A stretch of DNA of 64,000 nt from a virus (IMGVR_UViG_3300025875_000003:1-64000), one strand, 5' to 3'. Shown: positions 46,949 to 55,325, counted from the first letter of the stretch. The notes: generated from the sequence alone by a model not told the origin. Numbers and translations are program-made.

Positions 46949-46977
46949 TTGCATATGTAGCATGACTACGCTACTGT
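46948..46977 (+). promoter_or_regulatory. repeat promoter copy 19
   Basis: TTGCAT-17-TACTGT. Confidence 0.8.
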
Positions 46978-47005
46978 GTACTTAAGAGATCCTGAGGAGG
47001 ACACC

Positions 47006-47452
47006 ATGGACATCAAGAGCATCAAGCCTGTGCGCAAGGTTCGTACCGAGGTCGGCATTGAACTTCCGTACCGCATCGAGCACGGCAAGTGGAACTTCAA
47101 GGTGGACCCTGCCGTACGGGAGGTCACCAAGGTGGACGAGGGCACGGTCTTCATCTCTTGGAGCCTCATCGAGGAACTGTCCGGTGTCACCACAGACAGT
47201 CTCGGCATGGGTGGATCTCTCATCATTGGGCACCGCGAAGGATACGCACTGGAGCAAGCCGGGTTTGCAGTACAGGAGACACGGGGCGGATATCACGGAA
47301 CTGAGGCTACTAAGGAACTGGAGGCTCACTTGGCTAAGACATACACCGAGGCTGTCGATCCTCTGCGGGCAGAAGCAGTGGAAGAGTTGATTTCCAAGCA
47401 CTCCTACTCAGCGCAGGCTATTCGGTCCTGGTTTGACAGGCTGCTTCGATGA
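47006..47452 (+). CDS. hypothetical protein
   Basis: GAGGAGGACACC-ATG. Confidence 0.75.
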   Translation: MDIKSIKPVRKVRTEVGIELPYRIEHGKWNFKVDPAVREVTKVDEGTVFISWSLIEELSGVTTDSLGMGGSLIIGHREGYALEQAGFAVQETRGGYHGTEATKELEAHLAKTYTEAVDPLRAEAVEELISKHSYSAQAIRSWFDRLLR

Positions 47453-47560
47453 GACGACACGCACAGCGAGGCTTCCAGCCCGCCGAACTGCCGCCTGAGA
47501 CGCAGGCCAAAATCGACGCCATGTGGGCTAAGATCAGAGCCTCTGATGAGGAGGATGAAG

Positions 47561-47752
47561 ATGGAGCGAACGAGTAACCCGCTAGTTCAGATGGACGCCA
47601 TCTCAGCCGTTCAATCTGTGCTTCTGGAAGAGATGAGCAATCAGGCACGTCTTGCCTACATCGGCACCGAGGGTGTCTATGGGATCGCAGTACACCGAGA
47701 GCAGTATCGACTTCTCAGCCTCGCGCTAGAGGCCATCACGAACGGAGACTGA
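47561..47752 (+). CDS. hypothetical protein
   Basis: SD GAGGAGG. Confidence 0.6.
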   Translation: MERTSNPLVQMDAISAVQSVLLEEMSNQARLAYIGTEGVYGIAVHREQYRLLSLALEAITNGD

Positions 47753-47753
47753 C

Positions 47754-48044
47754 ATGAGCACATACTTCAACATGGGCGACTACATTCAGGTAACCACGAA
47801 GGACGGCGAGATCGTCAACGGGTGGGCGCTCAGTACGCTGGGGACCATAGGTTACGCGACCTACACCGTTCGCACTCGTACCGGAGACCGTGACTTCAAC
47901 CACAACTTCGACAAGACCACTGTACTGGTCCCCAAGGGTCTGACTGAGCAGGAGGCTCAGGAGCAGATCCATCGTCTGCGTCAGGCTCTCCGCGCCACTG
48001 GTCTTCCCGAGCACTTCATCGACTCGGTTCAGGCCGGGGCATGA
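47754..48044 (+). CDS. hypothetical protein
   Basis: TGACATG coupling. Confidence 0.7.
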   Translation: MSTYFNMGDYIQVTTKDGEIVNGWALSTLGTIGYATYTVRTRTGDRDFNHNFDKTTVLVPKGLTEQEAQEQIHRLRQALRATGLPEHFIDSVQAGA

Positions 48045-48308
48045 CGTGTCTGCGACTCGGTGCACTTGCGTGCGAGATGTTCGCCTGGTCGTAATTCTTC
48101 CTGACCCTCTGTGTCCTGCCTGGACACTTCACGTCATTCACCCAGAGAGGGAGCGAGAAGATGCCTGACCGTTTCAAGAATGCCCCTGGTGTGAAGTGGG
48201 CCAGCGATTACTACTACACCACACGCAAGAAGCACAAGAACCGGCGAGAGGCACGTCTGCGCATGAAGCGCGCTACCCGCCGAGAAGCCCTGGATTGGAG
48301 TAACGACA

Positions 48309-48854
48309 ATGACTGATGAATCGGTTGCCAAGTACCTTCATAGTCTCGCCACGCACTTTGACCGCAAGGACTGGGAGTGGACCCGCAAGCACGACATCAA
48401 GCACATCCGGCGTGAGGGTGACTACTCGGGATACGACCATCCCGTTCGTCGTGTTCAGCGCCTGATTAAGCGTCATCTGCCTGGCAATGCCTGGAGGCGG
48501 GATCGAGGGATTTGGGGCATGCTCTCAGGAACCGAGGAAAAGACTTCTTTCTGGAAGAAAATCCAGTTGAAGGTTTGGGGCTTGAAGGCCGAGGTCTACG
48601 TGACGCTGCGTACTGACAAGCACCTGCCCGATGGAGTGCTGGAGAATGCGGCTATTATTGCTTATTGGGAAGAGGATGGCGAGTACTTGCAGATGGTTCA
48701 GCCGTCTGTGGGTGAACTGCTGGCCAACTTCCTGCTAGAAGACCCCGAGCACCCTCACGCACAGAAGATTTTGGCCGAACTGACCCGCCTTTCCGAGCGC
48801 TACAGCGCCCGCATCAAGGCCGGAGAAGTGGACGGCGAGGTACACGAGGACTGA
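48309..48854 (+). CDS. hypothetical protein
   Basis: SD GGAG. Confidence 0.75.
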   Translation: MTDESVAKYLHSLATHFDRKDWEWTRKHDIKHIRREGDYSGYDHPVRRVQRLIKRHLPGNAWRRDRGIWGMLSGTEEKTSFWKKIQLKVWGLKAEVYVTLRTDKHLPDGVLENAAIIAYWEEDGEYLQMVQPSVGELLANFLLEDPEHPHAQKILAELTRLSERYSARIKAGEVDGEVHED

Positions 48855-48855
48855 G

Positions 48856-48885
48856 GTTGCGTATGACGCTTGACTGCACTAGGCT
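48856..48885 (+). promoter_or_regulatory. repeat promoter copy 20
   Basis: TTGCGT-17-TAGGCT. Confidence 0.8.
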
Positions 48886-48916
48886 GTAGCCAACATCAAG
48901 AAACGAGGTGGTCTCC

Positions 48917-49345
48917 ATGTCCGTGATGAGTAGCCCGCGCAACCGCTGCCGCTTGGGAGTGGACAACCCGATTGACGACGACGGGTTCTGGGAGTTCCGC
49001 AAGTTCAAGGCCAACCGCAAGGGTGGCGGTCCGACCGGAGGCCGTCTGTGGCGGCGCACGATCCGTACCCGTGAGCAGCGGCTGGTTCGGGCCGAGATCG
49101 ATCAGTACTACGCCGATCTGGAAGAGGAGCGCCACGAAGCCCTGCTGGAGGAAATCTGGGAGGTCAACGAACCCTTGGCTTACATGGGTGAGGCATACTG
49201 GCCTGCCAACCAGGAGGAGTCTATCTTCACTTCGTGGCCGGACGAGGATGACTTCGTGGGCTGCAACGACGACTGCCCTTCCTGCCTCGCTGCTGACGAT
49301 GAACTTACTGACCTGGACCGCATGCTATTTGGATGGGACGGCTGA
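48917..49345 (+). CDS. hypothetical protein (basic N-terminus, acidic C-terminus)
   Basis: SD GAGG. Confidence 0.7.
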   Translation: MSVMSSPRNRCRLGVDNPIDDDGFWEFRKFKANRKGGGPTGGRLWRRTIRTREQRLVRAEIDQYYADLEEERHEALLEEIWEVNEPLAYMGEAYWPANQEESIFTSWPDEDDFVGCNDDCPSCLAADDELTDLDRMLFGWDG

Positions 49346-49530
49346 TGACCACACAGACGCACGAGAAGGCCGCTCTGAGCGCACGGGAGGCCGAGGTAGT
49401 CAATATGTACCGACAGGCTCTTTCCAAGCCCTCTCGTGGGCAACGTCCGCGCACCCATCTCAACGCTCCGGCAGGTACTCTGGTCGAACTTCTGGACATC
49501 ATTGACCGACTTACTGAGGAGAAGCCATGA
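49345..49530 (+). CDS. hypothetical protein
   Basis: TGATG coupling. Confidence 0.6.
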   Translation: MTTQTHEKAALSAREAEVVNMYRQALSKPSRGQRPRTHLNAPAGTLVELLDIIDRLTEEKP

Positions 49531-49587
49531 CGGCTATTGGAAACTTCGCACTTCTCACCCACGATGACCTTCAGGTAGAGGAGATCA

Positions 49588-49785
49588 ATGATGACCGAGC
49601 CAGTTCCTGATCCCGCCTATGACAATTTTCTAAGCGTTGGTGGCAATGTCATTCGCTGCGATAACCACCGTCTAGTGCAGCACCGCGATGGGCGTGTTCC
49701 TTGGTGTAATCGGTGCAGGAAGACCGCACATGGTCTGCACAAGGACGACATACAGCCCTTCTGGGACAAGAAGAGACTTAACTAA
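49588..49785 (+). CDS. small Cys/His protein
   Basis: SD GAGGAG. Confidence 0.6.
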   Translation: MMTEPVPDPAYDNFLSVGGNVIRCDNHRLVQHRDGRVPWCNRCRKTAHGLHKDDIQPFWDKKRLN

Positions 49786-49855
49786 GTTGCACTACTTGCG
49801 CTAGGGCATGCTCATACGGAATGATAGTGAGCAACTTGTCCGGAAAGGACGTATA

Positions 49856-50083
49856 ATGCCCAAGCCGTGGATAAATCTTGTCGTGGCGTGTGTTGTGGTC
49901 CTAGTTGCCAGTCAGGTAGTTGACCACAGTGGGTGGCCCGGCTGGATTGAGTTCCCTCTGGTGGCTCTCATAGGGGCCGTTGCCTACATGATCTCAGCGC
50001 GCGTCCTTATTTATTTTTCCTCTCGTAGAAATAATCCAGCGTTTTTGCGAGAGCCTAGCCGCATCCCTCGCCACAGAAACTAG
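49856..50083 (+). CDS. membrane protein (2 TM)
   Basis: SD AAGGA; hydrophobic segments. Confidence 0.65.
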   Translation: MPKPWINLVVACVVVLVASQVVDHSGWPGWIEFPLVALIGAVAYMISARVLIYFSSRRNNPAFLREPSRIPRHRN

Positions 50084-50097
50084 TTGATAGTAAACTG

Positions 50098-50901
50098 ATG
50101 AGTATGGTTAACAAGTATGCAGTAGCAGTAGGTATCAACAACTACCCAGGCACTGGTTCTGACCTTCGAGGTTGCGTTAACGACGCCATCGATTGGACAG
50201 ACCATCTCTCGTCTTTGGGATACAAGGTGCTGACCCTTACAGATGAGCAGGCTACCAAGACAGCAGTCACTAGCGCTCTGCGTGAAATGATGGCCATGGC
50301 CCGGTATCGAGATAAGGTCGTGTTCACCTACTCTGGCCACGGCTCCTGGGTTCCTGACAGGGGAGGCGATGAGGCTGACAGCCGAGATGAGGTCTTGGTT
50401 CTTCATGATTTCGACCGTGGAGGGCTACTTTCGGACGACGAGATGAATACGATTTTTTCCAATCGTCGTTTTGGTGTTAAGCCCACTGTTATCTCGGATT
50501 CTTGTCATTCGGGTACCCTGACAGATGTTCGTGGACTAGAGGCTGTGCGAACTTTGAAGCATTCTGTGGTGGACGCTGCTCCTCGCTTTCTCTCTCCGTC
50601 TCACTTCCTTGCGTCAGAGGACGTTCCTGCGGCACTAGAAGTCGAATCTAAGGCTCCCAGGGGGGCATCTAGACCTACCACCGCTCTTTTGTCGGGCTGT
50701 GACGACCCTGAATTTTCTTACGATGCATACATCGATGGCCGTTATCGAGGAGCATTCACAGCAGCCGCTTTGAAGACGTGGGTTCCTGGCATTACTTTGA
50801 GAAAGTGGCATGAAGCGATTAGGCTTTACCTACCTTCTAACCAGTACCCACAAAGCCCCCAGATTGGTGCAACGTACCCCCAGCGGTTCTGGACTCTCTA
50901 A
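50098..50901 (+). CDS. metacaspase-like cysteine protease (peptidase C14)
   Basis: AVGINNY, LRGCVND, catalytic SGHG and DSCHSG, GAFT. Confidence 0.9.
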   Translation: MSMVNKYAVAVGINNYPGTGSDLRGCVNDAIDWTDHLSSLGYKVLTLTDEQATKTAVTSALREMMAMARYRDKVVFTYSGHGSWVPDRGGDEADSRDEVLVLHDFDRGGLLSDDEMNTIFSNRRFGVKPTVISDSCHSGTLTDVRGLEAVRTLKHSVVDAAPRFLSPSHFLASEDVPAALEVESKAPRGASRPTTALLSGCDDPEFSYDAYIDGRYRGAFTAAALKTWVPGITLRKWHEAIRLYLPSNQYPQSPQIGATYPQRFWTL

Positions 50902-50931
50902 GTTGCACATGTAGCATGGTTGCGCTATCCT
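50902..50931 (+). promoter_or_regulatory. repeat promoter copy 21
   Basis: TTGCAC-17-TATCCT. Confidence 0.8.
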
Positions 50932-50963
50932 GAAAGTCAAAGACGATCTTCAGGAGGACAACC

Positions 50964-51602
50964 ATGAGCACTGTCAAGGCACGCCGCTGGATGTGGATTG
51001 ATTTTGAAGCAACGGGACTGTCCGAGGGCAACGACTTCTCTAGGGTTCACCCGATGGAGGTCGGAATCATTCTGACGGACTTCAACCTCAATCGACTCGC
51101 GGGGTACACCGAGGTAGTCAAGATGCACCCGGCCATGGCTGAGCAGATCAGGGCAAACAAGTTCGTGCGAGAGATGCACACCAAGAGTGGCCTGATTCGA
51201 GATTCAGTGAAGAACGCCACTCTAAGCCTGCCTGAGATCGAAAACGAGATCATTGACATGCTTCAAGAGTTTGGGGAGCCCGGAGAGTTTCAAATCGCAG
51301 GCTCTGGCGTGGCTGCCTATGACTTCCCTCTGATCAAGCAGTGGATGCCCAATCTCGCTGTCTGGCTGGACTACTCACCTGCTGACATCGGCATCATGCG
51401 GCGCATGGCGTCTCGCCTGGTGGGTAAGGAAATCGTCACCCATACGCCTGCGTCCTACGGTGCGGAGAAGTTGCATCGGGCTATGCAGGATGTTGAGGGA
51501 CATCTGGAAGAGACGCAGAAGTATCAGGAAGTGCTGCGGGCCGCGTTCCTAACCGAGTCGCAGGTGGATGACCGGATTCAAGACGTGGAGGAGATCTTGT
51601 GA
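50964..51602 (+). CDS. orn: oligoribonuclease (DEDDh)
   Basis: WIDFEATGL, EVGIILTD, MHTKSGL, AGSGVAAYD, HRAMQD. Confidence 0.8.
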   Translation: MSTVKARRWMWIDFEATGLSEGNDFSRVHPMEVGIILTDFNLNRLAGYTEVVKMHPAMAEQIRANKFVREMHTKSGLIRDSVKNATLSLPEIENEIIDMLQEFGEPGEFQIAGSGVAAYDFPLIKQWMPNLAVWLDYSPADIGIMRRMASRLVGKEIVTHTPASYGAEKLHRAMQDVEGHLEETQKYQEVLRAAFLTESQVDDRIQDVEEIL

Positions 51603-51871
51603 GCAGAGAAGATTTTGTCAGTACGCGGGCCAAGGTGACGGTCATCTTTGATCTGCCTACCGGAGAGAAGTACACGCTGACGGTTCCCGATGTGGTGGAC
51701 GTGAAGGTGACACAGCAGTGGCGTTACGGCAATCCCTTCACGTCACTAGGCGTCGAGAGTCTGGCGTTCGTGGCCGAGACTCTGGAAGGCATGGCTATCC
51801 AGTTTCTGCCCCTTCCTGATGCTAGGGGAGGTGGGTACTTCAGCCTGGTCAAGGATCTGCGCCCTCGCTGA
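51599..51871 (+). CDS. hypothetical protein
   Basis: GTGA overlap. Confidence 0.65.
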   Translation: MSREDFVSTRAKVTVIFDLPTGEKYTLTVPDVVDVKVTQQWRYGNPFTSLGVESLAFVAETLEGMAIQFLPLPDARGGGYFSLVKDLRPR

Positions 51872-51872
51872 G

Positions 51873-51902
51873 GTTGCACATGTCGCTTGACTACGCTACT
51901 GT
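51873..51902 (+). promoter_or_regulatory. repeat promoter copy 22
   Basis: TTGCAC-17-TACTGT. Confidence 0.8.
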
Positions 51903-51925
51903 TGACTTAGACGCACGAACCGACG

Positions 51926-52873
51926 ATGAAAGACAAGGTGATTGATATGTGGATCTTCATGCCGGGCGGACTCCTGATGCCCGCCGCTGTGCCTATGGAC
52001 AAGGTTGACGCCAAGTGGACGAACGGCGGTGAGTGGAACCTTCAGGTCCGGGCGCGCACTCTCAGTCACCTCACAAACTTCATCCGGGACTACATGACCG
52101 AGGGTGACTACTCTGAGATCCAGAGCACTCCGGAGATGGACTACAACTACCGCTTCTACACCTCCAAGAAGGCGTTCGCCACGGGCATGGCCATGGCTAT
52201 GCTGGAGATCGATTACTATAAGTTCAAGCCCACGGCTGAGGACACGTACGAAGATGGCACGCTGAAGTACATGGATGGCAAGGAGTACCACAGCGTGCTG
52301 AACAGCATCTGGGGCACGGTCTGCCGTCTGGGTCTTCCCGGAGGCAAGTGGGCCAAGGGTGGGTCTGCTTGGGACGATGCAATTTCCAAGTACTCAGGCA
52401 AGCGCTATGGTGAAGCGCGTTCCAACCGCGACTGGCTGGATGCCTACAACGACATGCTGGACAGCCGGGGTCGTTGGGAAGACTCCACCGAGGAGGGCAC
52501 GTCCCAGGTTCCTCTCGGGGACGACTCTGTGTGGCAGGAGGAGACCGAGCATCACGGCATGACGGAGTTCGCGGCTCGCTGGCTGGAGGATGACGACTAT
52601 GAGCCGGACAGCCACACTCGCAAGGAAATGATTCTGGCCAAGGTAGAGGATCTTCCTGCCTCTCAGTGGGATGACTGGCTGTACCCCGATGAGATGGAGA
52701 TCGTCTCTTACGAGTACCAGAAGGCTCTGGTAAACGAGCGTGAGCGTGCTCGTCGGTTCCGTGAGAGCGTGCAGGAGTCGGTCAAGACGGTCGGCAAGGA
52801 TCGCAAGAAGAACCGCAAGCCGAGTAAGGCTAGCCGCCAGACGGTACGCCGGACCAGGCACGCGGCACGCTGA
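51926..52873 (+). CDS. hypothetical protein (LQVRAR...DYNYR...IDYYKFK N-terminal domain)
   Basis: long ORF with native codon bias; start uncertain. Confidence 0.75.
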   Translation: MKDKVIDMWIFMPGGLLMPAAVPMDKVDAKWTNGGEWNLQVRARTLSHLTNFIRDYMTEGDYSEIQSTPEMDYNYRFYTSKKAFATGMAMAMLEIDYYKFKPTAEDTYEDGTLKYMDGKEYHSVLNSIWGTVCRLGLPGGKWAKGGSAWDDAISKYSGKRYGEARSNRDWLDAYNDMLDSRGRWEDSTEEGTSQVPLGDDSVWQEETEHHGMTEFAARWLEDDDYEPDSHTRKEMILAKVEDLPASQWDDWLYPDEMEIVSYEYQKALVNERERARRFRESVQESVKTVGKDRKKNRKPSKASRQTVRRTRHAAR

Positions 52874-52895
52874 GTGAAGTTGCCTAGCGCAGTTG

Positions 52896-52925
52896 GTTGC
52901 ACATGTTGCCTGACTGCGCTAGGCT
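52896..52925 (+). promoter_or_regulatory. repeat promoter copy 23
   Basis: TTGCAC-17-TAGGCT. Confidence 0.8.
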
Positions 52926-52960
52926 CTTCCTGACAGGTCAACAGCACTGAGGAGGACACC

Positions 52961-53545
52961 ATGGGAAACAAGCGAGCAATCATCGTTGTGGACTGCCAAA
53001 ATGATTTCACTGAGGGCGGCGCTCTCGCTGTCGAAGGCGGGGACCGGGTGGCCCGCAACATCTCGAATCACTTGACCACATACGGCACTGACTACGATCT
53101 GGTCATCGCCACGCGGGACTGGCACAATCCCCTGCCCGACACCAACTCGGGCCACTTCGACCGCTGGCCGGTCCACTGCGTGGCAGGCACTAAGGGTGCA
53201 GAGTACGACACAAATCTTCTACTGCCTTTTCGCACGATCCATGTCATCAAGGGCATGGGCCGTGAGGACTACTCGGGCTTCGATGGTGTGGTCTCAGATC
53301 TCAGGGGCACTCGTTGGAACGATGAGACGCTGCTTCAGGTACTGCTCTCCAACGGGGTTCAGTATGTCGATGTCGTCGGACTGGCTTTCGACCACTGTGT
53401 AAAGGCTACGGCTCTCGATGCCGTTGCCAAGGGAGATTTCGTCGTACAGGTGCTGACCGACCTCACGGCAGGCGTGGCTGTCGATACCACCATCGAGGCG
53501 GCTAGGCTTCTGACAGTCAATGATGTCGTTCTGGAACTGTCCTGA
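52961..53545 (+). CDS. pncA: nicotinamidase/pyrazinamidase
   Basis: VVDCQNDF..GGAL, DWH, WPVHC, KG...YSGF, GLAFDHCV. Confidence 0.9.
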   Translation: MGNKRAIIVVDCQNDFTEGGALAVEGGDRVARNISNHLTTYGTDYDLVIATRDWHNPLPDTNSGHFDRWPVHCVAGTKGAEYDTNLLLPFRTIHVIKGMGREDYSGFDGVVSDLRGTRWNDETLLQVLLSNGVQYVDVVGLAFDHCVKATALDAVAKGDFVVQVLTDLTAGVAVDTTIEAARLLTVNDVVLELS

Positions 53546-53582
53546 CCCCCAAATTTCAACCACCAACCGAAAGGCAACACCC

Positions 53583-53999
53583 ATGAAGAAGAAGATTTTT
53601 GCTGCAACGGCTGCGGCCATGCTCCTGCTCGCTGGCTGTGAGTCCGCAGCCGACACCGCTGACCGCAACCTTTCCAAGGCTGCCGAGAACTTCGAAGTGC
53701 CTCGTCGCATCGTCGGCATCAATGGAATCACTGATGAGGTGCTGTTCTCGGTCGAAGGGTTTTGCTCCTACGAGATCGCTTCAGGCACCTATGAGGTCAT
53801 TTGTCTCGTTGATCGTGCGAGTGGGGAGGTCACCCGCACCACGCTCGCTCGCTCGGACAACGTGACGATGCTGGTCACACAGACAGGCGGCACCGAGGTG
53901 GACCTGTTCCAGCCTCGCGTGATCTTCCGGCCGGAGACCATCGTGCCCGACTTCGATCTCTCAACCTCTGCTCGCCTTCAGGGCAACGGTAACGGCTGA
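53583..53999 (+). CDS. lipoprotein
   Basis: MKKK-hydrophobic-LAG/C lipobox. Confidence 0.75.
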   Translation: MKKKIFAATAAAMLLLAGCESAADTADRNLSKAAENFEVPRRIVGINGITDEVLFSVEGFCSYEIASGTYEVICLVDRASGEVTRTTLARSDNVTMLVTQTGGTEVDLFQPRVIFRPETIVPDFDLSTSARLQGNGNG

Positions 54000-54016
54000 T
54001 CTAGGCAGTTACCTTG

Positions 54017-54042
54017 GGGCGGTGTCGGGCCCGACACCGCCC
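54017..54042. terminator. perfect 26-bp palindrome after the lipoprotein gene
   Basis: GGGCGGTGTCGGG|CCCGACACCGCCC. Confidence 0.6.
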
Positions 54043-54070
54043 TTCGGTCTAATAGAAAGAAGAATTTAGC

Positions 54071-54301
54071 GTGTTCTTTGTGATTAGCGATACCTATCAA
54101 GTAGGCGCTTATTGGTGCAGACAGAATGGCCTCAACCCGCACTCGCGTAATGTGCGAATCTGTACGTGGGCTTCCGATCTTCAGGGAACGCGCTTTCAAG
54201 AGGGAGACCACCTGAAGGTGGTTGACTCACTAGATTACCGAGCACAGCGAAGTTTTTGTGATCTGCTAGAGGTACTTGACATGAACAAGGCCTTGTACTG
54301 A
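54071..54301 (+). CDS. hypothetical protein
   Basis: ORF track. Confidence 0.55.
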   Translation: MFFVISDTYQVGAYWCRQNGLNPHSRNVRICTWASDLQGTRFQEGDHLKVVDSLDYRAQRSFCDLLEVLDMNKALY

Positions 54302-54331
54302 GTAGCATTCTTGGCCTAATTGCTCTATGAT
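54302..54331 (+). promoter_or_regulatory. degenerate promoter copy
   Basis: TAGCAT-17-TATGAT, spacer ends GCCTAATTGCTC. Confidence 0.45.
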
Positions 54332-54366
54332 AGAGAGTAAGTTCTATAGACTCTTTAAGGAGCATC

Positions 54367-54942
54367 ATGCGTTTGGTCATGTTGACCGACCCGGTACAGT
54401 GGACTGTGCAGCATCAAGGCAAGTCTGTCGCCATCGGAGGCACCACATTCTTCTCTCATCGAGAAGATGCAGTTCAAGAGATCTCTAAGCGCGGACTAAC
54501 TGTGCGCGAGACTGGTGAGATCGTGCGTACCCCGGAGCCTGTGATCACAGAATCGGTCCCTGAAGCGCCTGTAGAGACCGAGGTGGTCCAGGAGGCCCCG
54601 GTAGAGTCTGGAGACGTTCCTGACGCTCCTGTGGAATCTGCGGAGGCCACAGAGAGCAAGCGCCGGGGACGCCCGCGTACCTTCTCTGAGGAGGAGGCTG
54701 CTGAGCGCCGCAGGCAGCAGAATCGTGAGTACTACCGACAGAGACCGCCTGAGCGCAAGAATGCGGTCAGAGAGCGCTCCAAGGACTGGCGAGAGAGCAA
54801 CCCTGACAAGGTGAAGGAATACCGACAGCGGGCCAACGAAAAGCGCCGTGAGCGGTATCGCACTGACCCGGAGTATCGTGCTAAGGTAGATGCCTCAAAC
54901 AAGGCATATCAGGAACGCAAGAAGACAAACAAGGAGAACTGA
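54367..54942 (+). CDS. hypothetical protein with charged helical C-terminus
   Basis: SD AAGGAG; R/E/Y-rich repeats like those in phage endonuclease arms, no nuclease motif. Confidence 0.7.
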   Translation: MRLVMLTDPVQWTVQHQGKSVAIGGTTFFSHREDAVQEISKRGLTVRETGEIVRTPEPVITESVPEAPVETEVVQEAPVESGDVPDAPVESAEATESKRRGRPRTFSEEEAAERRRQQNREYYRQRPPERKNAVRERSKDWRESNPDKVKEYRQRANEKRRERYRTDPEYRAKVDASNKAYQERKKTNKEN

Positions 54943-54943
54943 G

Positions 54944-55177
54944 ATGGCCAGAGCCAAGATCGTCCTCAATGAGCCTACGCTAAAGTGGATTCTTGGGCTG
55001 ACTAGTGATGTAGACATTCGAGCACTCGATATCATGCAAGACCCTATACACCTCGAAATAGTCATCTCACACAACTCTATTAAGGATGACTGGCATTACC
55101 CCGAAGGGGTTGGTGCTGAATCTAGAATTTATGACCTAAACACTATTCCTGCATCGATCAAGGAACACAACCTGTGA
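54944..55177 (+). CDS. hypothetical protein
   Basis: SD AAGGAG. Confidence 0.65.
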   Translation: MARAKIVLNEPTLKWILGLTSDVDIRALDIMQDPIHLEIVISHNSIKDDWHYPEGVGAESRIYDLNTIPASIKEHNL

Positions 55178-55325
55178 ACGTCAATCATTTCATGTTCCCA
55201 AAGGGCGTTCCGATCTGCGGGGAGCCAGTGTTCGCAGAAGAGACTCCCTTGTCTCAGACACAAAATCCAAATCTTGTTTCCTGTCGCAGTTGCTGGAAGC
55301 ACATGCCGTGATCTAGCGGCAGTTA

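Noticed and set aside
12651-52925. Repeats as a CRISPR array or att sites
   Set aside because: Spacing is irregular (0.5-6 kb) with genes in between, there are no cas or integrase genes, and the variation pattern fits -35/-10 elements
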